NCBI GenBank assembly: GCA_964548075.1
Contig: CAZJQQ010000042.1
Location: 92 to 64,091 of the forward strand
Origin: an uncultured Clostridia bacterium
Lineage (GTDB): Bacteria > Acidobacteriota > Blastocatellia > UBA7656
Direction of reading: 5' to 3'
DNA length: 64,000 bases
Under the pieces are notes generated by a model, which saw only the letters and a program-made list of their open reading frames with translations, searched no databases and was not told where the DNA came from. The position numbers and the translations under genes were made by a program. Each line of letters begins with the position of its first letter. Within the stretch, counting starts at the first letter, position 1. Below are positions 39,804 through 48,417 of the stretch, one piece after another.

Positions 39804-42800
39804 ATGCGCTCTCATTCAATTCGGCTCACTTTGTACTGCTTGGTGATCTCGGCCGTGCTCGCTGCGAACGTCGCCGCGCAGAGCTCGGTCAAACTCGATT
39901 CAAACAGCTTCGGCGCCATTGAAGCTCGTCACATCGGGCCCGCAACCACCAGCGGCCGCATCGCCGCCATCGACGGCGTCAACAGCGACCCGCGGATCCT
40001 CTACGTTGGGAGCGCCGGCGGCGGCGTGTGGAAGTCAATCAACGCCGGCACAACCTTCAAGCCGGTATTCGACAAGTATGCTCAATCGATCGGCGCGGTC
40101 ACCGTAGATCAGGCTCACCCCGAAACCGTCTGGGTCGGCACCGGTGAGTCGTGGACTCGCAACAGCGTGTCGATGGGAACAGGGGTGTATAAGACAACCG
40201 ACGCCGGCGACACCTGGAAGTTCATGGGGCTCGAAGACTCGGAGCGAATCGCGCGCATCGTAGTCGATCCCAAAAACTCCGATGTAGTGTATGTCGCCGC
40301 GACCGGGCATCTGTGGAACAGCAATGAACAGCGCGGGGTCTACAAGACTACCGACGGAGGCAAGACCTGGCAGCGGGCGTTGTACATCGACAAGGACACC
40401 GGCTGCTCGGACATCGCTATCGATCCGCAGGAGCCCAACATTGTATACGCGGGCATGTGGCAGTTTCGGCGTTCGCCTTACTTCTTCAATTCAGGAGGAC
40501 CGGGCAGCGGGCTCCACAAGAGTACCGACGGAGGCAAGAACTGGAAGAAGTTGTCGAAGGGCCTGCCCGAAGGCGAGCTTGGGCGAATCGCCATCGCAGT
40601 CGCGCCAACACGGCCGAATGTGGTCTACGCAATCGTCGAGGCGAAGAAGAGCGCGCTGTACCGCTCGGAAGACCTCGGCGAGACCTGGACCAAGATGAGT
40701 TCCTCGCCGAGTGTAACCGGACGGCCGTTCTACTTCGCGCGAATACTGGTTGATCCGAAGGACTACAATCGGCTCTACAAACCGGACTTCAACGTCGGCG
40801 TGAGCACCGATGGTGGGCAGTCTTTCACACAACGCGGCGGCCGCGCGCACGGCGACTATCACACGATCTGGGTCAACCCTCAGGACACGTTTCAAGTTTA
40901 CGTTGGAACAGACGGCGGCGTGTATCAGTCCAACGACAAAGCAAACACGTTTAAGTTTTGCAGCAACATTCCGGCCGGCCAGTTCTATCACGTGAGCTTC
41001 GATATGGAGCAGCCTTACAACGTGTACGGCGGGTTGCAGGACAACGGTTCGTGGATGGGACCCTCGCAGAGCCCGGGCGGAGTCGAAAACAAGGACTGGC
41101 GCAACGTCGGATTCGGAGACGGGTTTTTTGTTTGGGCTGATCCCTTAGACAAGGACATCGTGTACAGCGAGTTTCAAGGCGGCAACGTTTTGCGGTTTCA
41201 CAAATCGACCGGCGAGGTGAAATGGGTCAAGCCACTTCCGAAACAGGGTGAGCCGAAGTATCGCTTCAACTGGAACACGGCGCTGGGGCTGAGCCCGACT
41301 AACAAGAAGGTGATCTACATCGGCGCGCAGTTTCTGTTTCGTTCGATCGACAAAGGCGAGTCGTGGGAGCGCATCTCGAATGATCTGACTACGAACGATC
41401 CCGCGAAGCAGAAACAGGAAGAGTCGGGCGGGCTGTCGCTGGATAACTCGAGCGCCGAGAATCACTGCACGATCGTTGCGGTGGCCGAATCACCGCTTGA
41501 CGAAAAGACGATATGGGCCGGGACCGATGATGGGAACTTGCAGGTCACGCGCGACGGCGGCAAGACGTGGGCCAACACGGTCGCGAACATTGCGGGCTTG
41601 CCAAAGAACACCTGGTGCTCGAGCATCGAGCCAAGCCGCTTCGATCGCGAAACCGCTTACGTTACGTTTGACGGCCATCAGACCGGCGACATGAAGGTCT
41701 ACGTCTTCAAGACTACCGACTTCGGCAAGACGTGGCAGGCTCTGGCGTCCGAAGCGATCAAGGGTTACGCGCACGTGGTCCGCGAAGACCGGGTCAATCG
41801 CGATCTGCTCTTTGTCGGAACCGAATTCGGATTGTTCGTCTCGATCGACGGCGGCGCGCAGTGGGCTCAGTTCACAGGCAATCTGCCCCCGGTCGCCGTG
41901 CGCGACATCGCGATTCATCCGCGAGAGCACGATCTGATCCTGGCGACTCACGGGCGAGGGATTCTGATCATCGACGACATAACTCCGCTTAGGCAACTCA
42001 GCTCCAAGATTCTCGAGTCGGCCGCTTACATAATGGACTCGCGGCCTTCGGCGATCACGGTTTCTGTCGGCTCGCAGGACTTTCCCGGCGATGGTGACTT
42101 CGTCGGCTCGAATCCATCGGAGTCTGCGACGATCACTTATTACCTCAAAGAGCGGCACGTCTTCGGCGATATGAAAATCGAAATCTACAACGCTGAAGGC
42201 AAGTTGATGACGACGCTTCCGGCGGGCAAGCGAAAAGGCCTCAATCGCGTCCAGTGGTTCATGCGCCAGAAGCCGCCCAAGGTTCCGCCTTCACCGAGCC
42301 TGGCAGGGCCTTCGTTGACAGGGCCGTCCGTTCCGGAGGGCGTTTACACCGTCAAGCTGATCAAGGACAAAGACACGTTCACGGGACAAGTCAAAGTCGT
42401 CGCCGATCCGAAGTCTCCGCATTCAGCCGCCGATCGCGCGCTTCAACAGCAGACTGTTTGGAAGCTCTACGGGATGCAGGAGCGGCTCGCGTTTGTCGAC
42501 GATGCGGTCACCGATGCTCGCGACAAAGCTAAGGATCGAGCTAAGAAGTTAGAGAGCGGCGACTCGATCGCGAAGGAGATTGAAGCATTCGCCGACAAGC
42601 TCGATGCGTTGCACAAGACACTTGTCGCGACCAAGGAAGGCGCGATCACCGGCGAAGAGCAGTTACGAGAGCGAATAGTTGAGCTATACGGATGGGTGAC
42701 CCAGTTTGGCGGCCGTCCCACGCAGTCGGTGCTCGATCGGATCCCGGTGCTCGAAAAAGAGATCGCTGATGCGAACACAGCGTTCGAAGCGATCATCGGG

Positions 42801-42899
42801 AAAGAGCTTGCTGGAGTGAACTCGAAGCTCGCGGGTAAGAAGCTTGATCCGATCAAGGTAATGACCAAAGAAGAGTACGACAGGAAGCAGGAGAAATAA
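39804..42899 (+). CDS. Secreted BNR/Asp-box repeat protein, sortilin/VPS10-like double propeller
   Basis: Signal peptide. At least nine SxDxGxTW-type Asp-boxes (TTDAGDTWK, TTDGGKTWQ, STDGGKNWK, SEDLGETWT, SIDKGESWE, TRDGGKTWA, TTDFGKTWQ, SIDGGAQWA...). Confidence 0.85.
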   Translation: MRSHSIRLTLYCLVISAVLAANVAAQSSVKLDSNSFGAIEARHIGPATTSGRIAAIDGVNSDPRILYVGSAGGGVWKSINAGTTFKPVFDKYAQSIGAVTVDQAHPETVWVGTGESWTRNSVSMGTGVYKTTDAGDTWKFMGLEDSERIARIVVDPKNSDVVYVAATGHLWNSNEQRGVYKTTDGGKTWQRALYIDKDTGCSDIAIDPQEPNIVYAGMWQFRRSPYFFNSGGPGSGLHKSTDGGKNWKKLSKGLPEGELGRIAIAVAPTRPNVVYAIVEAKKSALYRSEDLGETWTKMSSSPSVTGRPFYFARILVDPKDYNRLYKPDFNVGVSTDGGQSFTQRGGRAHGDYHTIWVNPQDTFQVYVGTDGGVYQSNDKANTFKFCSNIPAGQFYHVSFDMEQPYNVYGGLQDNGSWMGPSQSPGGVENKDWRNVGFGDGFFVWADPLDKDIVYSEFQGGNVLRFHKSTGEVKWVKPLPKQGEPKYRFNWNTALGLSPTNKKVIYIGAQFLFRSIDKGESWERISNDLTTNDPAKQKQEESGGLSLDNSSAENHCTIVAVAESPLDEKTIWAGTDDGNLQVTRDGGKTWANTVANIAGLPKNTWCSSIEPSRFDRETAYVTFDGHQTGDMKVYVFKTTDFGKTWQALASEAIKGYAHVVREDRVNRDLLFVGTEFGLFVSIDGGAQWAQFTGNLPPVAVRDIAIHPREHDLILATHGRGILIIDDITPLRQLSSKILESAAYIMDSRPSAITVSVGSQDFPGDGDFVGSNPSESATITYYLKERHVFGDMKIEIYNAEGKLMTTLPAGKRKGLNRVQWFMRQKPPKVPPSPSLAGPSLTGPSVPEGVYTVKLIKDKDTFTGQVKVVADPKSPHSAADRALQQQTVWKLYGMQERLAFVDDAVTDARDKAKDRAKKLESGDSIAKEIEAFADKLDALHKTLVATKEGAITGEEQLRERIVELYGWVTQFGGRPTQSVLDRIPVLEKEIADANTAFEAIIGKELAGVNSKLAGKKLDPIKVMTKEEYDRKQEK

Positions 42900-42943
42900 C
42901 TCCGGCGCTCTGATGATTCCGTCGGAACGTTAGCGGAGGATGG

Positions 42944-43918
42944 TCAAGGCAAGATTCCAAGCCGCGCCTTTATTTCTCCAGCCCGTCTTATGATGTCCGC
43001 CTTGAGGTGCGGGCTTAACTTGAGCGAGCTGGCGAAGTCTGCGTCAGCAATCCCCGTCCGACGTTGAAGCAGCCGGGCGAACCCTCGGTTCGCGTAAGCC
43101 TCTGCCAAACCTGGGGCGAGCGCTATGGTCCTGTCGTAATCGGCAATCGCTGCCTCCAACTCGCCTTTATCTCGATGCGAGTTGGCGCGATTGTAAAAAG
43201 CAATGGCGAGTTGCGGGTTGAGTTCAATCGCTTTGCTGAATTCTGCAATTGCTTTGTCAAATTGCTTCTTGAGATTCCACACCGTGCCTCGTATGAGATA
43301 GGCTTTGGCAAAGCGTGGATCTGCTGCAAGGGCTCGCTGCGCGTCTTCCATCGCCGCGTCAGAGTTCCCCTTCCACCAATACACAGCCGCGCGATTGCAA
43401 AACACTTCGGCGAGCCGAGGGTTCAAGCTGATTGCTTTGCTGAAATCAGTGAGAGCCGCTTCTATATCTCCTTTTTTGCAAAGGGCGTTACCCCGATTGT
43501 TGTAAGCCCAAGCCTCGCGAGGATTCAGTTGTATGGCCCTATTGCTATCGGCGATCGCTCCATCAAAGTCGCCTTTCATAAGTCGCGCTGCGCTGCGAGC
43601 CGTGAACGCAACAGCCAAGGTCGGGGTGATTTCAATAGCGCGAGTGTAATCTTCTATTGCCGCGTCAATTTCATCTTGAGTGACTCGCGCTATTCCACGA
43701 TTAACATAGGCCGGTGAAAGGTTCGGATCGAAAACAATCGCTGTTGTGTAATCCTCGATGGCTCGGCGGAACTCTCCCTTGGCATAGCTGCGGTCGGCAC
43801 GATCAAGATAGCTTAACGCGGCGCGCGGCGTCTGCGCGTTAGTGACCGAAGCCGCGAACCAAAGCATGAGAATCGAGATATGAACCAAACGTCGCATGTC
43901 AACCTCCTGAATTACCAT
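42944..43918 (-). CDS. Secreted TPR-repeat protein
   Basis: Signal peptide ILMLWFAASVTNAQ, followed by about eight 34-aa TPR units (AIxDYxxAIxLNPxxAxAYxNRG). Confidence 0.85.
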   Translation of the reverse strand: MVIQEVDMRRLVHISILMLWFAASVTNAQTPRAALSYLDRADRSYAKGEFRRAIEDYTTAIVFDPNLSPAYVNRGIARVTQDEIDAAIEDYTRAIEITPTLAVAFTARSAARLMKGDFDGAIADSNRAIQLNPREAWAYNNRGNALCKKGDIEAALTDFSKAISLNPRLAEVFCNRAAVYWWKGNSDAAMEDAQRALAADPRFAKAYLIRGTVWNLKKQFDKAIAEFSKAIELNPQLAIAFYNRANSHRDKGELEAAIADYDRTIALAPGLAEAYANRGFARLLQRRTGIADADFASSLKLSPHLKADIIRRAGEIKARLGILP

Positions 43919-44092
43919 CTCCTGAATGGAATCAAACCGAGTCGGAACACTTGGAACTTCAGCTGTTTGAGCCGGGCTATCTGGAGAAATTTATGGTTCT
44001 TGTTACCCTTCGTACTGCGGCGAAAGTGCCATCGGGGTTATCTAGGAAACCTGAAGGTGGCGGTGTACTGCCCCCCACCGGCGTATCGCAAT

Positions 44093-44422
44093 CTACCGAA
44101 ACCGGGACCGCGTGTGGTCGGTGGGGCCCGCGTTGGTGTCCACCAATGAGCCACCGCGAATGAACGTCTCCATCCCGCGAAAGGTAACGACGTGGTTCCC
44201 GGATTGACAGTTACGAATGGTGACTCGCCACACGCCTTCTATCCGTTCTTCCTTTTTCGCATTTGCGGAAATTTCGCGTGAATCGCTACTGGCGTCATTC
44301 AAACTGACTATGGCTACGTGCTTGCCGCAGCCTGCACACTAGCTTCGGCTCCGGCTGCCGTGACGACGTATGATCAGAACTTCGTAGGTCTCGACGGTGA
44401 TTTCTGTCTTTCTCTTTGTCAC
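44093..44422 (-). pseudogene. Small ORF interrupted by an in-frame TAG (probable W-to-stop) before a CxxC motif
   Basis: GTG 44422 is preceded by GGAGG. It reads VTKRKTEITVETYEVLIIRRHGSRSRS-TAG(44339-44341)-CAGCGKHVAIVSL... and continues in frame to 44093. Confidence 0.4.
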
Positions 44423-44587
44423 AGCACCTCCGAGGTTTGGCCGCTGTACTAGTGTTCGGGTATACTCCCCGCCGGGCAATATTTCGTTCACGGCTTACAT
44501 CCCGAACGCGGGCCGCATCATCGGCTAACCGCGCCCTAAATGTCTTTAGGAGCGCACATATTTTTTCTGAATCTTCTAAGGAGGACT

Positions 44588-46552
44588 ATGAGCACGCTGC
44601 CGACACGCTTCTACCAGTTCGGCCCGTTTCACATTGACGCGGAAAAGCGTGTACTGATGCGCGAGGGAGAGATCGAGCCTCTCGCGGCGAAGGCTTTCGA
44701 TACGCTGCTCGTCTTAGTGCAGCATCACGGCGAGGTGCTTGAAAAAAGCGAATTGATGGAGATGCTCTGGCCCGATAGCGATGTTGAAGAGGCCAACTTG
44801 CCTCAAAACGTCTCCGCGTTAAGGAAAGCACTGGGTGAAAGCCCAAATGAGCGGCGCTACATCGTCACTGTTCCTGGAAGGGGCTACCGGTTTACCGCAG
44901 ACGTAGAGGAACTAGACGGTGAGGGAGAGAACCTGATCGTGGAAAGATATGCTAAATCCACTATCGTGATTCAGGAGCAGGAAGCTTCAACGGGTGGTGC
45001 GAGCAAGGCTCTATCCGCGCCGCGGGTCTTATCTGGCCGCCTTAGGCCGGTCCTCGCCAGCCTCATCGTTGTAGCAGTCATCATCCTCCTGATCTCAGTA
45101 TTGAGTCTATGGCTTTCAAGCAGGTCTGCGGGGCAACCGCCCCGCTGGGATGAACCGCGCGCAGACGCTGTTCAAACGAGCATCGCTGTCCTGCCGTTCA
45201 AGCCGCTGACCGGAGAGGAGCGGGACGAGGCCCTTGAGCTGGGCATGACCGAAGCGCTGATAAACAAGCTGAGCACGGTCCGACAGCTCGTTGTTCGACC
45301 GCTGGGAGTGGTTCGAAAGTACACTGAACTGGACCAGGACCCCTTGGCGGCCGGGCGAGAGATGGGCGTGGACGCGGTGCTCGAATCGACTTTGCTGAAA
45401 TCGACTGGCGAGATTCGGGTGACCATGCGATTGCTTCGGGTAAGGGACGGCGTGGCCCTGTGGTCCTATAGATCGGATGAGCCGCACTCAAACTTACTCT
45501 CGTTGCAGGATCTGCTGTCCGAAAAGGTTGCGACTTCGCTGGTCTCAAAGCTCAGCAATGAGCAACGCGAGCTGCTTGGAAGACACAATACCGAGAACGC
45601 GGAAGCTTACCAGCTCTACCTGAAGGGGCGCTTCTTCTTTGAGAAGGTAACGCCGGATGGCGTCAGAAAAAGCATCAGGTACTTTCAGGAGGCGATTGAT
45701 AAGGATCCCGACTTCGCGCTGGCCTATAGCGGAATGTGCGCCTCATACACTCTTTTTGGACACCTGCGCGTTCTTCGGCCAAGCGAGGCGTTTCCGGCCG
45801 CAAAGGCCGCATTGTCGCGGGCGCTGGAACTGGATGAGTCGTTGAGTGAAGCTCACTCGCAGATGGGCTTCATCTCTCTGCATTACGACTATGACTGGGC
45901 GCGCGCTGATAAGGAGTTCGAGCGCGGTATCGAGCTGAACCCTAACAGCCCTACGGCGCATCATGGCCGAGCGTTCTACCTTGCGGCGATGGGTCGAACG
46001 GATGAGGCGTTGCTGGAGATCTCAAGAGCCCTGGATCTCGACCCAGTCTCACTCCTCCTCAACGCGGACGCCGGTCTGCTTTTCTTCTACGCCCGCCGGA
46101 ATGAGGATGCGATCGCCCAACTTCGGAAGACCCTGGACATGGGACCTGACTTCCCCCTTGCAGTTCGGTACCTCGCCAGGGTCTACGCTTACGCGCGCAT
46201 CGACAAGCTAGCCGTTGCTGAATACCAGAAGTTGGCCGTGCTGCTGGGCGGCGCGGGACCCGATGACGCGCTCTCTGCCAGAGCATTTGCGGTCTCAGGT
46301 CTCGCGGGTTACTACCGGTTTGAACTGGAGCGACTGAAGAAGCAGCTCAAGAAAAGTTATGTTCCTCCGTTGGACTTCGCGCGCATATACGCGGTGCTGG
46401 GAGACCGCGACCGTGCTATTGAGTGGCTCCGAAAGGGAGTCGAAGAACGTAACTTCGCAATCCCCTTTCTGAAGGTCGATCCGGATTTCGACAACGTGCG
46501 GTCCGACCCGCGTTTTGCCGACCTGGAGCGGCGGATAGGCATCCCAATGTGA
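44588..46552 (+). CDS. CadC/OmpR-type winged-helix transcriptional regulator with TM, TolB-N-like and TPR domains (paralog 1)
   Basis: ATG 44588 preceded by AGGAGG. YQFGPFHIDAEKRVLMREGEIEPLAAKAFDTLLVLV...VPGRGYRF (wHTH). TM segment LASLIVVAVIILLISVLSLWL. SIAVLPFKPL. C-terminal TPR units. Confidence 0.85.
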   Translation: MSTLPTRFYQFGPFHIDAEKRVLMREGEIEPLAAKAFDTLLVLVQHHGEVLEKSELMEMLWPDSDVEEANLPQNVSALRKALGESPNERRYIVTVPGRGYRFTADVEELDGEGENLIVERYAKSTIVIQEQEASTGGASKALSAPRVLSGRLRPVLASLIVVAVIILLISVLSLWLSSRSAGQPPRWDEPRADAVQTSIAVLPFKPLTGEERDEALELGMTEALINKLSTVRQLVVRPLGVVRKYTELDQDPLAAGREMGVDAVLESTLLKSTGEIRVTMRLLRVRDGVALWSYRSDEPHSNLLSLQDLLSEKVATSLVSKLSNEQRELLGRHNTENAEAYQLYLKGRFFFEKVTPDGVRKSIRYFQEAIDKDPDFALAYSGMCASYTLFGHLRVLRPSEAFPAAKAALSRALELDESLSEAHSQMGFISLHYDYDWARADKEFERGIELNPNSPTAHHGRAFYLAAMGRTDEALLEISRALDLDPVSLLLNADAGLLFFYARRNEDAIAQLRKTLDMGPDFPLAVRYLARVYAYARIDKLAVAEYQKLAVLLGGAGPDDALSARAFAVSGLAGYYRFELERLKKQLKKSYVPPLDFARIYAVLGDRDRAIEWLRKGVEERNFAIPFLKVDPDFDNVRSDPRFADLERRIGIPM

Positions 46553-46675
46553 TGCGGTTATCTGCCATTTCAAGGAGCTTGCGGATCAAATGCTGCAACA
46601 GTGTGAAATCCTGGCATCTCCTCCTAACGATTCACCCTGATTTACCCTCACATGGATTTTGTGCTTTGTGAAGAG

Positions 46676-47061
46676 ATGCGCGCGACAAGGCGAAGGATCG
46701 CGCTAAGAAGTTAGAGAGCGGCGACTCGATCGCGAAAGAGCTTGAGGCTTTCGCCGACAAGCTGGATGGGTTACACAAGACGCTTGTTGCGACCAAGGAA
46801 GGCGCGATCACCGGCGAGGAACAGTTACGCGAGCGAATAGTTGAGCTCTACGGATGGGTGACCCAGTTTGGCGGCCGTCCCACGCAGTCGGTGCTCGATC
46901 GGATCCCGGTGCTCGAAAAAGAGATCGCTGATGCGAACACAGCGTTCGAAGCGATCATCGGGAAAGAGCTTGCGGGTGTTAACTCGAAGCTCGCGGGCAA
47001 AAAGCTTGATCCAATCAAGGTGATGACGAAAGGGGAGTACGATAAGAAGCAGGGAAAATAG
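46676..47061 (+). pseudogene. Detached duplicate of the 3' end of the BNR/sortilin-like gene
   Basis: 46676-47061 aligns with 42523-42899. A stretch of about 120-150 nt (ggatgggtgacccagtttggcgg...gggaaagagcttgc) is identical. The fragment has no upstream gene body. Confidence 0.8.
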
Positions 47062-47222
47062 GCTTATCGCATAGAAACAGGATAGCGGCGCAACGCAGTC
47101 TTTGCAGACGAATAGACGACCAGCATTGCATCGCTATCGTTGTTTCACTTCAGCCTCGGCCTTGAGCAGCTAGCCGTTTGAGCACTGCGGGAAAGAGTCA
47201 TTCATCACCGACAGAGTGTTTC

Positions 47223-47633
47223 TCAATTCCGGGGAAGAGGCGGGTCTTGCTCCTCGCGGAGATCGTTGAGCAACAGAAGACGGTCGATCTCTCGATCCAG
47301 CATTTCCAGAAACGTGTCAAGCCGCCGTTTGTGTTCAATCGACAGATCTCTGTACTTGCAGAAGAGTTTGCCGAACCCGGTGTCCGAAAACTCTTCGCCA
47401 TCTGGGAGCGACACGCCGCAGGCCGCGAATACCTGACTCTCGGCAACACCGAGGCCACGCGCCAGCGCCTTAAGCTTGTCCACCGTCAGGTTCTTTATGC
47501 TGCCTGTTGAAATGCTGCACACATAACTATCGCTGATGTGACCTTCCGCGCGTCGCTCAACCTCCGAAAGAGTCAATTGCTTTTCACGCAGGATCCGGCG
47601 AACGTACTGGTCTAGCCCTTCATGCATGATCAT
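47223..47633 (-). CDS. XRE-family helix-turn-helix transcriptional regulator
   Basis: YVRRILREKQLTLSEVERRAEGHISDSYVCSISTGSIKNLTVDKLKALARGLG is a typical HTH_3 domain. It starts 4 nt after the upstream gene stop. Confidence 0.75.
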   Translation of the reverse strand: MIMHEGLDQYVRRILREKQLTLSEVERRAEGHISDSYVCSISTGSIKNLTVDKLKALARGLGVAESQVFAACGVSLPDGEEFSDTGFGKLFCKYRDLSIEHKRRLDTFLEMLDREIDRLLLLNDLREEQDPPLPRN

Positions 47634-47637
47634 CGGC

Positions 47638-48132
47638 TCACCTCAGGTTTGAAGCTTGCAACGAGTTGCGTCCCTTGCTTCCTGTGTTTGGCTCCGGTTC
47701 GTAGACCCACAATCCGCGATTGCTGATCACATAAATGGGCCTTTGCAGCCTGTCCGCTTCTTGAGTATCCTGCTCCGAGGGTCTGGGGCTCACTGCGTTC
47801 CTGTGAGTGTGAAAGATCGCTACTGTTGATGCGGGAAGAGTCGCCCGCCACATCCCCGATTCGCCTCGAGTTACAGCGGTCGTTTCAAAGCAGCCGTCGT
47901 TGTTCTGTATCACCCCAAAGCCGACCTCCACATTCAGAGTGCCGCTTCCGGAGAGTTCAAAAGCTCTGGTGATCGCTTTCCAGACCGCAGCCGACGACAG
48001 CAGCGAACCGGACTGGCGGTGTTCAACAATCGAGAGGCTTAGGCATCGGGACCCTGAACGTCGTGTTTGAGCATGGCAAACCAAAACCGCGGCGCTCGTG
48101 AGAATGACCGTCAGACAGAAGACTCGTCGCAT
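47638..48132 (-). CDS. Secreted protein with a JAB/MPN-like (DUF4329-like) HxH...S..D motif
   Basis: ATG 48132 preceded by GGAGG. Signal peptide VFCLTVILTSAAVLVCHA. FHTHRNAVSPRPSEQD resembles the JAMM motif HxHx7Sx2D with one extra residue. Confidence 0.45.
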   Translation of the reverse strand: MRRVFCLTVILTSAAVLVCHAQTRRSGSRCLSLSIVEHRQSGSLLSSAAVWKAITRAFELSGSGTLNVEVGFGVIQNNDGCFETTAVTRGESGMWRATLPASTVAIFHTHRNAVSPRPSEQDTQEADRLQRPIYVISNRGLWVYEPEPNTGSKGRNSLQASNLR

Positions 48133-48417
48133 GACTCCTCCAAATGAAATCAAGTGAGCCAGTGAGTCCCCATCTGCTGCGGCCTCTCGCAGCAAGTCTG
48201 CCCATTGCCTCAGCGAAACCCACAAAAACGGGCGTCTTGCCACGTCAACGGCTTTGCAGTAAGATGGGCCGGCATTCAAGTTCCGAATCGAATAACCATC
48301 ACTGGCTCACTGCGCGACGGACCATACTTCAAGGTCTGTTCTGAAGTCTCAGGAAGCTCTTAGTAAAAGGTCAGTATTATTTTAAGAGAGTCTTAAGCGC
48401 AGTTAAGGCGGGCTACG

